Positions 30,356 to 38,347 of a stretch of DNA of 64,000 nucleotides are shown here, in pieces. The notes under the pieces are model-generated. The model worked only from the letters and a program-made list of their open reading frames with translations, ran no database searches and was not told where the DNA came from. Location of the stretch: the IMG/VR virus record IMGVR_UViG_3300047494_000061, positions 5,801 through 69,800 of that record. The stretch is one strand, 5' to 3'. How positions within the stretch are numbered: position 1 is the first letter of the stretch; every line of letters starts with the position of its first letter. A program made the translations under genes and the position numbers. The stretch is from a virus.

Positions 30356-32433
30356 TACTTGATGTCCACCCATAGGTTCGAGACGCAAGTGAAGAACGTC
30401 GATCCTGTCCCGCCCGACGTGTTGCTATAGGTCGAGCCGTTGACTGAGCAGGCTAGTCCTCCGACGTTCGTGTTGCCGCTGCAAAAGGTAGGCCCGTTCG
30501 CGCCGCCGATCTGAGTGCATTCGGTCGCGGTCACTCGCCCGGTCGGGCCAATGATCGCGCCGAGAGTTCCCAAAGCGGCTCCGTTGGTCGCGGCAGGATA
30601 AAAATACATTCCCCCCGCCCCGCTCCCTTTTGCGTTGGCGAAGTCGATTTCTCCAACAGAGTGGGTGGCGTTCCAAAACATACAAAAACCATTCGTGAGC
30701 GGGCAGGCCCCGATGGAAAAGTTCTGCCCAAACAACACGCCTTGGCTATTCGCGTCCACTTGCACCAGGTTCGCGGAGGTGGCACCGATCAACGGAATCA
30801 AAGCTGTATTGGGGTTGGCAGAGGATGCCAGTTCCCCTCCGTTCGCAAGGAGCACGGAGCCAGTTGGCAGTCCAGTGCCGAACGGCGGAATGGTGGCATT
30901 GTTGCCGACAATCACATTCCCTTGGTCGACGCTAAAATTCTGATTTCCGTCCGCGGAATCAAGCAAATGCAGCGTTTGATCGGCTGGACCTTCGTCGATA
31001 GACGCGGTGTGTACCACGTTGGATCCGTCGCGCCAGTTCAACGCGATGTACTGCGAACCGGAGTTTGCCGTGGTATCGAACGACCCGATCTGGATCGCGT
31101 AGCCGTTGACCTCGCCGTCGTCGAACAGGATGCCGTAAGACCACTTGCCCGTGCCGACGTTCTTCCCGAGATGGATCTGTCCAAAAGACGACCCGTGCAA
31201 GCTGATATTGCCATTGATAAACAGACATGCCGCGTTGGTCGTTGGCTGGGAGGAGTTGCAGTCCAGTTCGTTGAACAGGGTTACGTTGCTGTAGGTATGA
31301 CCCGGATTGATGACGTTCGCACTATACACATCGCCGTCACCTAGGTTGGTATTGATGCCCCAAATGTTCGCGTTGTTCGTCGCCGCGTTGCCTTGTCCGT
31401 AAAACCCTACACAGTAGGTTTGATAGCCTTGGCAGCGAGTAAACGCTCCGATAGCTGTACCCTGCGTCAGCGTCGATCCGGTTGGGATGGTCTGCCCTAC
31501 ACCGAAGGCGATGTCGTAGGTGATTCCGGCCCCGGACAGAACGTCCGACGCCAAGTATCCATTTTCAGTGAATACATTTCCCAGATACGGCGTGGTCGGG
31601 TTGAAAGCATGGGATAAATTGCTGGCGATCGGCCCAGTCATATTCCCGCCGGCCAGAGGGAGATACAACCCAAGGCCGCCGTTGCCGCTGCTTACCGAGT
31701 TCACCACGCAGGTTCCAGACTGCGGCTGGGCGAATCCGAAACTGTAGCTATATTGGCTTGAGGCGACTGTGATGACCGAGCCCACGTATGAGATTTCGTT
31801 CCCATATTGGTCGTAGCAGGCTGAGACGAAGTTCGGCAGGGTGAAGCCGTAAGTTCCGTAGTTCATCGTCACCAGAGTCTGATTGACAAACGTGATGCCT
31901 GGATTGACGCTTCCCGGACCGCCGCCCATCGAAGGGATGCACGGACCTCCATCGATCGACAAGCATCCGGTAATATTCAGGTTCCTGTATTGAGCGTCCT
32001 GCGGATTCGGAGGAGGCTGGGAGCAGGTGATCGGCTGCTGGGTGTTGATATTCCAAAGCGTTTGCGTCGACGCCACCTGGTAGCACTGCTGAGTCCCGCT
32101 TGGCGCGCCCGCCACGATATAGGTGACGGCGTACATGCTCTGACCGGTCGTGCCGTTGCAGGTGATGACGTCGTTGGGGATGATATTGGAATTGATCTGG
32201 CCTTGCGCGTTCGACTGCAGCAGGACTGCGGTCTGGACAATGACGTTGTATCCCGCCACGGAGGACGGAGATGGGCAATTCTGAAGCTGGATCTTCATCC
32301 CGGCATAGGGCGTCGGGGTTCCAAGTATTTGATTCAGATTGCCGGTGATGGGTATTGTTGGAGGCGCTTGGGCGAGGGCCGCGGCGCTAATCGCCAGCGA
32401 CAAAAATGTGAAAATGCGACCAAATCGCACCAT
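30355..32433 (-). CDS. tail-fibre-like protein (692 aa) with Sec signal peptide
   Basis: MVRFGRIFTFLSLAISAAALA|QAPP; contains YLPLAGGNMTGPI, a classic fibre repeat; Cys-rich. Confidence 0.7.
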   Translation of the reverse strand: MVRFGRIFTFLSLAISAAALAQAPPTIPITGNLNQILGTPTPYAGMKIQLQNCPSPSSVAGYNVIVQTAVLLQSNAQGQINSNIIPNDVITCNGTTGQSMYAVTYIVAGAPSGTQQCYQVASTQTLWNINTQQPITCSQPPPNPQDAQYRNLNITGCLSIDGGPCIPSMGGGPGSVNPGITFVNQTLVTMNYGTYGFTLPNFVSACYDQYGNEISYVGSVITVASSQYSYSFGFAQPQSGTCVVNSVSSGNGGLGLYLPLAGGNMTGPIASNLSHAFNPTTPYLGNVFTENGYLASDVLSGAGITYDIAFGVGQTIPTGSTLTQGTAIGAFTRCQGYQTYCVGFYGQGNAATNNANIWGINTNLGDGDVYSANVINPGHTYSNVTLFNELDCNSSQPTTNAACLFINGNISLHGSSFGQIHLGKNVGTGKWSYGILFDDGEVNGYAIQIGSFDTTANSGSQYIALNWRDGSNVVHTASIDEGPADQTLHLLDSADGNQNFSVDQGNVIVGNNATIPPFGTGLPTGSVLLANGGELASSANPNTALIPLIGATSANLVQVDANSQGVLFGQNFSIGACPLTNGFCMFWNATHSVGEIDFANAKGSGAGGMYFYPAATNGAALGTLGAIIGPTGRVTATECTQIGGANGPTFCSGNTNVGGLACSVNGSTYSNTSGGTGSTFFTCVSNLWVDIK

Positions 32434-32459
32434 GCCGATCTATGCCCCCTGCGAACGTT

Positions 32460-32474
32460 ACGCAGAGTAGCAGA
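32460..32474 (-). promoter_or_regulatory. putative late promoter, copy 5 (drives fibre/lysis operon)
   Basis: Same 15-mer upstream of the AGGGGG RBS of the gene starting at 32433. Confidence 0.8.
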
Positions 32475-32494
32475 TCAAAACAGGGCTTCAGGGT

Positions 32495-32659
32495 TTAGAA
32501 GCGGTGAATCCCGCCGAAGAAATAGAACAGGATCAGAAGCAGCACGACGATCCCTAAAATGCTGGTCCCGCCCTGGGCTCCCCAGCGATTGTAGCCGTAC
32601 CATCCGCCGCCGCCGCCGAACACCAGAAAAATCACTACGAGAATGACGATCAGTTCCAT
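32495..32659 (-). CDS. DUF3309-like small membrane protein
   Basis: MELIVILVVIFLVFGGGGGWYGYNRWG...GIVVLLLILFYFFG: two TMs with a Gly-rich loop. Confidence 0.65.
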   Translation of the reverse strand: MELIVILVVIFLVFGGGGGWYGYNRWGAQGGTSILGIVVLLLILFYFFGGIHRF

Positions 32660-32689
32660 GCTGGTTTGCCTCTGCACTGACTATACGCG

Positions 32690-32986
32690 CTACGGAAGGA
32701 ACCTGACTCTTCCGACGCGCTCGTTGCCCTGCTTCCGCTCTTTGGACGGGGCTTTGTCGCTGAACGTCCTGTCCATGCCGTGAACCTTCGGCCATGTCGG
32801 CCTGGTGACGAATGGAACCGGCAGGACCGTCGTGCCTTTGACCTGCCCTTCGAACACGCTTACGCACTCGGGGCAGTGAACCGGCCGATTTTGATCGACA
32901 GGATGAACGGTTCTTGCGGAGAAATGTCCATGCACGGGGCAGGTCCACTTGGAAAGGTAGTAGGACTGCATGTGCGACGTGCTCAC
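32690..32986 (-). CDS. small zinc-finger protein
   Basis: CPVHGHF...CPEC; GTGA overlap with the upstream gene. Confidence 0.55.
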   Translation of the reverse strand: MSTSHMQSYYLSKWTCPVHGHFSARTVHPVDQNRPVHCPECVSVFEGQVKGTTVLPVPFVTRPTWPKVHGMDRTFSDKAPSKERKQGNERVGRVRFLP

Positions 32987-33357
32987 TTGCGGCACTCCGA
33001 GCAATTCATTAACCCGTGCTTGCAACGCTTGCGGGGCGGAAGGTCTTTCAAATTGCGGCGATCAGGAGGGTCTGTCAATTGAATCGCAGCCGTTGCCACA
33101 GCCTTCACGACCTCGACCGGCAATGATCCTACCGGATGCACTGTCACCGTGACTTGCGAAAGCTTCTCGTCCCACCTCGGCGACTTGCATCGGCCGCAGC
33201 GCAGCGCAGGCTCGCCATTCGCCACCCGAGCCGCCGCCCACCCGCGAATGTCCCGCAATGCCTCCATGTCCACCGAGCCGCCGCCGACGCCGCTCGGGAG
33301 CCACATCTTGCCGCACTTGTCGCATACTGGGAGCCGGATTGGTTCGCTCAAGGCCAT
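32983..33357 (-). CDS. zinc-finger protein
   Basis: CDKCGKMW...CGRCKSPRW and CKHG..CSEC. Confidence 0.6.
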   Translation of the reverse strand: MALSEPIRLPVCDKCGKMWLPSGVGGGSVDMEALRDIRGWAAARVANGEPALRCGRCKSPRWDEKLSQVTVTVHPVGSLPVEVVKAVATAAIQLTDPPDRRNLKDLPPRKRCKHGLMNCSECRK

Positions 33358-33375
33358 AGTTGATTCAGAACATAC

Positions 33376-33386
33376 CACCGATAGTG
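33376..33386 (-). promoter_or_regulatory. CACTWTCRGTG operator fused to extended -10 (TGGTATGTT)
   Basis: Quasi-palindrome repeated at four promoter positions. Confidence 0.55.
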
Positions 33387-33397
33387 CCAGCTTTCAA

Positions 33398-33640
33398 TCA
33401 GGGTTTGTGGCCTACGTGCCAGGCGTCTTCGCAGATCCGGCATTTGTAGGCGTTAAGCCTGCCCACTCCCATCTGAACGACCTGAACCGCCTCCGATTTC
33501 GGGGTTTTCAGGTTCCAGATCTTCTGCCGGGCCGCCTTGAGCGCTATCGACCTCGAAGGGAAAACCACTTTCGTGCAAACGGCCCTTCTTCCAATCGCTC
33601 CCGCGCTCATTCCCAAGGCTTTCAAGTAAGCTGCAGGCAT
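33398..33640 (-). CDS. small hypothetical (C..K..F..AYKCRIC..WHVG phage zinc-finger family)
   Basis: CTKVVFPS...AYKCRICEDAWHVGH. Confidence 0.55.
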   Translation of the reverse strand: MPAAYLKALGMSAGAIGRRAVCTKVVFPSRSIALKAARQKIWNLKTPKSEAVQVVQMGVGRLNAYKCRICEDAWHVGHKP

Positions 33641-33641
33641 C

Positions 33642-33848
33642 TTATTTTCCTGTCAGGCGCCGCCGAACATTTCGCTCCAGCCACATCACGTGCGATCCGC
33701 GGAAAACGTACGCCGGAACATTGTTGAGCTTTCGCTTTTCGTCGGCGACGTCGTACTCCCACAGCTCGGCGTTGATCGCCTGATGCACTTCGGGGCTCTG
33801 CGAATTCAGCCGGCGCAGGACCTGGTCGACCAACTCGGCGCGCGTCAT
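33642..33848 (-). CDS. hypothetical protein (68 aa)
   Basis: Tightly packed ORF. Confidence 0.5.
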   Translation of the reverse strand: MTRAELVDQVLRRLNSQSPEVHQAINAELWEYDVADEKRKLNNVPAYVFRGSHVMWLERNVRRRLTGK

Positions 33849-33850
33849 GG

Positions 33851-34261
33851 CTACTTCTTGGCCTTCTGCTGAACCGGAGGAAGGGCGGGCTGTCCTTTGG
33901 CCGCTTCGGGATCGTGGTCGAGGAATCCTTGGTTGGGGTCGAACCAGACTTTTCCGTCCATGTTGTGCGCGTGGATGATCTGCTTGGCCGACTCTTTGAC
34001 CTCGTTCATCTTGATGTCCCGCTGCGCCTGGGCATCGGTCAGGTCTTTGTATTCGGGAAGCTTCTTAGCGGCCTCGTCGAGCTTGGCTCCCGCGTCCTGA
34101 ATCCGTTTGTAGACTTGCCGCAGGTCGTACTGGTCGGAAGTGATTTTCAACACTTCGTCTTTGGTCAGTTCGAGGTTGAACTGGGTGAGCGGAGACGCCG
34201 GGTTGGGCGTCTGGGCGAGTGCCGACGATCCGGCGAGAACGAATGCGAGTAAAACCTTCAT
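33851..34261 (-). CDS. secreted/periplasmic helical protein
   Basis: MKVLLAFVLAGSSALA|QTP signal peptide; AGGAG RBS. Confidence 0.65.
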   Translation of the reverse strand: MKVLLAFVLAGSSALAQTPNPASPLTQFNLELTKDEVLKITSDQYDLRQVYKRIQDAGAKLDEAAKKLPEYKDLTDAQAQRDIKMNEVKESAKQIIHAHNMDGKVWFDPNQGFLDHDPEAAKGQPALPPVQQKAKK

Positions 34262-34269
34262 GCTTGCTC

Positions 34270-34563
34270 CTAGATGACGTTCAAGTTGATAAGTTCAAGC
34301 AGTTCCTCGAATTCGGGATGCTTGGCGAGGATTTCTGCGGCGCGGTCGAGTCGCTTGGCACGATCAAGGGTGTGCTGGCGCTCCCTCTGGAAACGCTCTA
34401 CCGGGGTTGTGGGGCGAGGAGTGTATTGACCAAGACCCGCTTGAAGGGCATCGCCGCCTAGCGAGTTGTCGGCGTATGTTTTCGCGCAAACATCTGCGAC
34501 GTTCATTTGATGTGCTGCTTGCGCGGCCTTGAGTTCCTGTTGTTCTTTTTCCCAAACCTTCAT
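34270..34563 (-). CDS. hypothetical protein (97 aa)
   Basis: AAGGAG RBS and ATG. Confidence 0.6.
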   Translation of the reverse strand: MKVWEKEQQELKAAQAAHQMNVADVCAKTYADNSLGGDALQAGLGQYTPRPTTPVERFQRERQHTLDRAKRLDRAAEILAKHPEFEELLELINLNVI

Positions 34564-34616
34564 GCTTGCTCCTTATGCGAAATAATACTGCACCGGTGCG
34601 CGGACGCACCTGCCTC

Positions 34617-34948
34617 TTACGCCAATTTTTCGGCCAAAATCTTGATTCCCAAACTTATCCCGTACAAACTCAAACCCACGAAAGACTTCGCCAACGAAAA
34701 CCACGGATGTTTTGCGAACCGGATATGCTCGCCCATGCAGGCCATAATTCCCGTCACAGGCCGGATCGCCGTCTCCCGGCCCATGGTCAACCACAAAACC
34801 AACTCGCCCAGCCGCAGCCACAGTTGGCATGGCAAGCTGGAAGACCTCAGCGCCGCGATCATGCCGTCGCCCGACGACACGATCCACTCGCGGGAGCCCA
34901 GCCGAAAGACGATCGAGAGGTAGCATGCGGATCGGATTAGCGCGGTCA
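34617..34948 (-). CDS. hypothetical protein
   Basis: This frame has the GC-rich third positions; GTG start after GAGG. Confidence 0.4.
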
Positions 34949-35086
34949 CGGCTTCAGCCTCTTGATTTTCTCTATGTCCACTCTGCAAATCCAGTATCCG
35001 AGAGACATGAAAACGAACGCAAATCCTAGAACTCCGAAAACGATAATTACCAGCAGTTTTTGATCACCGGTCACGGTTTGCCCTTT

Positions 35087-35293
35087 TCAGTCAGCAAAAA
35101 CATCATGAAAAACATTAAGATGAACGCAAATATTCCAATCGCAACCGGCAAAGACGCAAGCGCTCATCGCCTTGCAAGCCGCCTGGGCAATGAAGCCCTC
35201 AGTCGCCAGAGGCAGCACGCCGACCTTTTCCTTAATCGCCCGTTCAACCGCAGTCAGCATCCCGCTCGGAGCCAAATAGTGTTTTTCGTTCAT
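35087..35293 (-). CDS. hypothetical protein (68 aa)
   Basis: ATG with GAGG RBS, downstream of the promoter at about 35320. Confidence 0.45.
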   Translation of the reverse strand: MNEKHYLAPSGMLTAVERAIKEKVGVLPLATEGFIAQAACKAMSACVFAGCDWNICVHLNVFHDVFAD

Positions 35294-35320
35294 GCCCAAA
35301 CCTCTCGAAAACAACCATAG

Positions 35321-35331
35321 CACCGATAGTG
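35321..35331 (-). promoter_or_regulatory. CACTWTCRGTG operator fused to extended -10 (TGCTATGGT)
   Basis: Identical 11-mer to 33376..33386. Confidence 0.55.
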
Positions 35332-35549
35332 CATAGCGGACACGCAAAAGTTATATTTTTAAAAAAATTGCGGGCGAACAGGTTTACATGCACGTCATGG
35401 GCCGCCGGCAAAGTCGCCGTCTTGGGAGATCGCCTTTTTGGGCGCTGCTTTTTGGGAGGGTCGAGGGGGAGGATGGCCGGAGGGGGATGGTCCTGGACCG
35501 GCTCGCGAATCCTTTTACGTCCGGCCGCGAGCTCGGATCGGGATGGTCA

Positions 35550-35846
35550 CTATAGTTTGGCGGCAGGCTCAATAGACGACGAGGCATTGGCAGCACCATC
35601 GCTTGTCGCCGTACGGGACGGTTTGGTGATCGGCATGAGGGTCATCTTGGGTCGCGACAGGCTCGGATGCTTCGTTATATCCTCCGCGTCCTCGGTTCTG
35701 GTGCTCCAATTCGTTCCGCAAGGGTTGCACCGGATGTAGGTTGAGCGAAGCACTCTCGGTCGGCCGCAAAACGGGCAGGGCGGCTGGGTTCCTGGTTCGT
35801 CGAGGCGCTGTTGCCGGGTCAGAGACATGTACGTTAAGGTGTCCAT
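35550..35846 (-). CDS. zinc-ribbon protein overlapping the RHH gene
   Basis: GGAG RBS; CPFCG...CNPCG. Confidence 0.45.
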   Translation of the reverse strand: MDTLTYMSLTRQQRLDEPGTQPPCPFCGRPRVLRSTYIRCNPCGTNWSTRTEDAEDITKHPSLSRPKMTLMPITKPSRTATSDGAANASSSIEPAAKL

Positions 35847-35973
35847 CGGTCTTCTCCAATCGTTCTAGGGCTGCTGTTGCGATCCAACTAGTTCGAGTGA
35901 CTCCATAAGCTTCAGCCTGGGCATCAATCCGAGCCAGTAGATCAGGATGTATCCGCATCTGAATCGTCGGCAT
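35569..35973 (-). CDS. ribbon-helix-helix (CopG/Arc-like) DNA-binding protein
   Basis: MPTIQMRIHPDLLARIDAQAEAYGVTRTSWIATAALERL is a canonical RHH pattern. Confidence 0.75.
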   Translation of the reverse strand: MPTIQMRIHPDLLARIDAQAEAYGVTRTSWIATAALERLEKTDGHLNVHVSDPATAPRRTRNPAALPVLRPTESASLNLHPVQPLRNELEHQNRGRGGYNEASEPVATQDDPHADHQTVPYGDKRWCCQCLVVY

Positions 35974-36027
35974 GTAGCTACACTACCATATTCAGGTGTA
36001 GCGACAGAATCCTTGGCTGTAGCGACA
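35973..36027. repeat. three TGTAGCKACA repeats, putative RHH operator
   Basis: Copies at 35973-35982, 35997-36006 and 36018-36027, overlapping the promoter of the RHH gene. Confidence 0.65.
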
Positions 36028-36157
36028 AATCCACCCCAAAACACCCCAATTTGACATCGTAGGAGCCGTTTTAAGCCCTCCGCGCACCCTCGATGGGCCT
36101 ACAGTACCTCCAAATCGCCAAATCGCAATTGAACACCACTCCGCATCTTATTCACCC

Positions 36158-36892
36158 TCAATCACTTGCATCCGCAGCCTGAGAACTTACCGACTTCTTC
36201 CTCTTCACCTTTATCGCATCCTTCCCCACCAAACCACGCTCAACCCCCGCTCTTAACCGCTCATACCGCACACTCCTTCTATCACCGGCCAATACGTTCG
36301 CCCGCTCCAGCAACTCCACAATTCGACCCGAATTCGGCAAGCCAGAAACAGTCAAAATAGGCGCGGAGCTTCCCCTCTCTTCGCGGTGAGATGTTTGCGT
36401 CGAAGTGATTGAATCGCTGACAGTTGTCGATTTCATATAGGCTTGCATGAGTGGGATATTGCGTCGAAGGTTGAATCGAATGGGCGCGCGAAAGTTCTTA
36501 GGTCCTGCGATGGAATATGGTTTGAGGGTTCCGTAGCGCGTATGCCTGGGTTCAATGAATTCGCGGCTGGCGCCGTGCGCCCGCGCTCGCGCCGCTTCGC
36601 TGGGGAACCATCGTGATATCTCGGAGAGTGTGATGACTAGAGTCCTGCGGTTGAACTGTAAATCGGTGCAGATTCGCTCGGAATCGAGTCGAACCGGCAG
36701 GCTGGATATGCGGTCGAATCCGCGCTTAATTGGGTCCTGTGGGGCGGGATAATGCGACTCAAGGTAGATCATGAGAATCGCAGCGGTGAGTCCGCCGACG
36801 TGATTCTTTAGGTTTGGGTAGTACGGAATCGGCTGAGTCAGAGTCGATTTAGGCCGTACCGGCTTCTCGATAAGTTCTCCAGATGCGCTCAT
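36158..36892 (-). CDS. putative winged-helix replication-initiator-like protein
   Basis: IPYYPNLKNHVGGLTAAILMIYL resembles the N-termini of phage replisome-organiser/wHTH proteins. Confidence 0.45.
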   Translation of the reverse strand: MSASGELIEKPVRPKSTLTQPIPYYPNLKNHVGGLTAAILMIYLESHYPAPQDPIKRGFDRISSLPVRLDSERICTDLQFNRRTLVITLSEISRWFPSEAARARAHGASREFIEPRHTRYGTLKPYSIAGPKNFRAPIRFNLRRNIPLMQAYMKSTTVSDSITSTQTSHREERGSSAPILTVSGLPNSGRIVELLERANVLAGDRRSVRYERLRAGVERGLVGKDAIKVKRKKSVSSQAADASD

Positions 36893-36937
36893 AAATTGTT
36901 CATCCTATATATAGTTGCAACAAACTTGAAAATATCG

Positions 36938-36967
36938 TTGACAGCTATCACTTTCGGTGCGTAGAGT
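36938..36967 (+). promoter_or_regulatory. sigma70-type early promoter TTGACA-18-TAGAGT containing CACTTTCGGTG operator
   Basis: Perfect -35 box at the divergence point of transcription. Confidence 0.7.
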
Positions 36968-37023
36968 TGTTTCAACATCGCAAGTGGACGCGATGCACAA
37001 TCAAACCGATGAGGGTGAGAGAA

Positions 37024-37416
37024 ATGACCACCAAGAGCAACTCCGCAAACAATGCAGCGTTCAAATTCTTCTACGCCAACGCTGGATACTCCTACGATCC
37101 TAAAACACAGGCTCCGGCGCAAGGCAAAGCCAAATGCGCACGCTCGCTCGCAGCGGCAGAGCGCAAGGCATCTGCACTCGGATGGACGTTCGATTGGGTG
37201 TTCGACGATCAGCCGTGCATGGGCTGTGAGTGTGGCTCCGAGTCCTGCGACTGCTTTACAGGCGAGCCGCATGAGACGTTCGGATGTGTCCTGCGCGACG
37301 AGAATGGTGAATCGCTCGAATCGCTCTGGGGGATCTGCAAACCGACTCGTGAGTATCGTCGCGTGGTGGAGGCTGAACTAGCCTCTGAAGCGTTGGCGTA
37401 TCGCAAAGCAGCCTAG
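37024..37416 (+). CDS. early hypothetical protein with Cys cluster
   Basis: First gene after the early promoter; CMGCECGSESCDC. Confidence 0.6.
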   Translation: MTTKSNSANNAAFKFFYANAGYSYDPKTQAPAQGKAKCARSLAAAERKASALGWTFDWVFDDQPCMGCECGSESCDCFTGEPHETFGCVLRDENGESLESLWGICKPTREYRRVVEAELASEALAYRKAA

Positions 37417-37426
37417 TTAGCCCTTC

Positions 37427-37454
37427 ACAGGACTCGGAGGAATCTGGGTCCTGT
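37427..37454 (+). other. intergenic stem-loop
   Basis: ACAGGACTCGGA-GGAA-TCTGGGTCCTGT, with a GNRA loop. Confidence 0.5.
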
Positions 37455-37507
37455 CAACCTCAACCACGCATCCGCTGAGCGCAAGGCCAGTACAAGGAGC
37501 AACACCA

Positions 37508-37747
37508 ATGAAGCATCCGATCCAATCCCTCACAGACAAAATCCTCGACCAGACTATCGATGTGCGCGATCTGGCGAAATCCACATGCGTCTACGACTAC
37601 ACCAACCAAGCATGGCTCGTCGATGGTCGCTATGAGAAATGCGGACACAGAAAGCCTTCCGATGGTCCTGCGTGCGAATGCTATGGACGCATCCACGAAG
37701 GCAAGACGCCGGAGGAAGTCGCAGCTGGCCGGCAACCCAATGTCTGA
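37508..37747 (+). CDS. hypothetical protein (79 aa)
   Basis: AAGGAG RBS. Confidence 0.6.
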   Translation: MKHPIQSLTDKILDQTIDVRDLAKSTCVYDYTNQAWLVDGRYEKCGHRKPSDGPACECYGRIHEGKTPEEVAAGRQPNV

Positions 37748-37850
37748 CTCCGACCGTCTCGCGCTGGTTCGCGAGTACCTGATCGGTCGCGAGTTTACCG
37801 CTGACTCCTACTCGGACCTTTGCGAGATCGTTGGAGGCATCGATGCGTAA
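37740..37850 (+). CDS. small hypothetical protein
   Basis: ATG overlapping the upstream gene; fills the gap. Confidence 0.4.
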   Translation: MSDSDRLALVREYLIGREFTADSYSDLCEIVGGIDA

Positions 37851-38178
37851 CGAGTCCGAAGCCTACAACCCGAACTACCACGAAGAGGGCTGGCTTAGCG
37901 ATGGATCGTGGGGCTATTTCAGCGATGACAGAAAGAAGGAGACGACAGTGAACCCATTGGAACAAGCACTAGAGAGACTGAACGCACCGTACAAGGCAGC
38001 GCAAGAGATCATGGCGCAAACGGGTCCTGCGCGACCAGACTTTGAATACGCTTGCGGCAATATCGAGTGTGGCGCAATGTTTGACTACACCCGCGTCTCA
38101 CTTGGCCGTCGCGTAGATCCAAACTTTTGCCCTGATTGTGGTCATGCGTTTCACCAAGAGCCGCAGGACTCGAACTAG
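37843..38178 (+). CDS. zinc-ribbon hypothetical protein
   Basis: GGAGG RBS; CGNIECG...FCPDCG; alternative GTG start near 37948. Confidence 0.55.
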   Translation: MRNESEAYNPNYHEEGWLSDGSWGYFSDDRKKETTVNPLEQALERLNAPYKAAQEIMAQTGPARPDFEYACGNIECGAMFDYTRVSLGRRVDPNFCPDCGHAFHQEPQDSN

Positions 38179-38179
38179 C

Positions 38180-38347
38180 ATGATTACCCTCAACGGCATC
38201 GCGGTTACTCGCTGGCTTTACCGGGAGGGCAGGATGTTCATAGTCCTGTTGGCCGATGGCACGCGAGTAGCCGCAAACCTCAACCAGTTCGGCGCTGAAG
38301 GTGGCGCTGATCAAGTAGTGAGAGAGAGCAGGAGGGCAGGATTATGA
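38180..38347 (+). CDS. small hypothetical protein
   Basis: Packed ORF with ATGA overlap into the next gene. Confidence 0.45.
   Translation: MITLNGIAVTRWLYREGRMFIVLLADGTRVAANLNQFGAEGGADQVVRESRRAGL

Noticed and set aside
4407-32474. Repeated 15-mer as CRISPR repeats, with the Cas4-like gene as a cas locus
   Set aside because: Copies are kilobases apart with no spacers; the nuclease is a stand-alone phage exonuclease.
7-33000. Many long + strand ORFs across the structural region (e.g. 7500..8507, 16768..17949, 22828..24150)
   Set aside because: Antisense shadows of GC-rich minus-strand genes, with no motifs or RBS.
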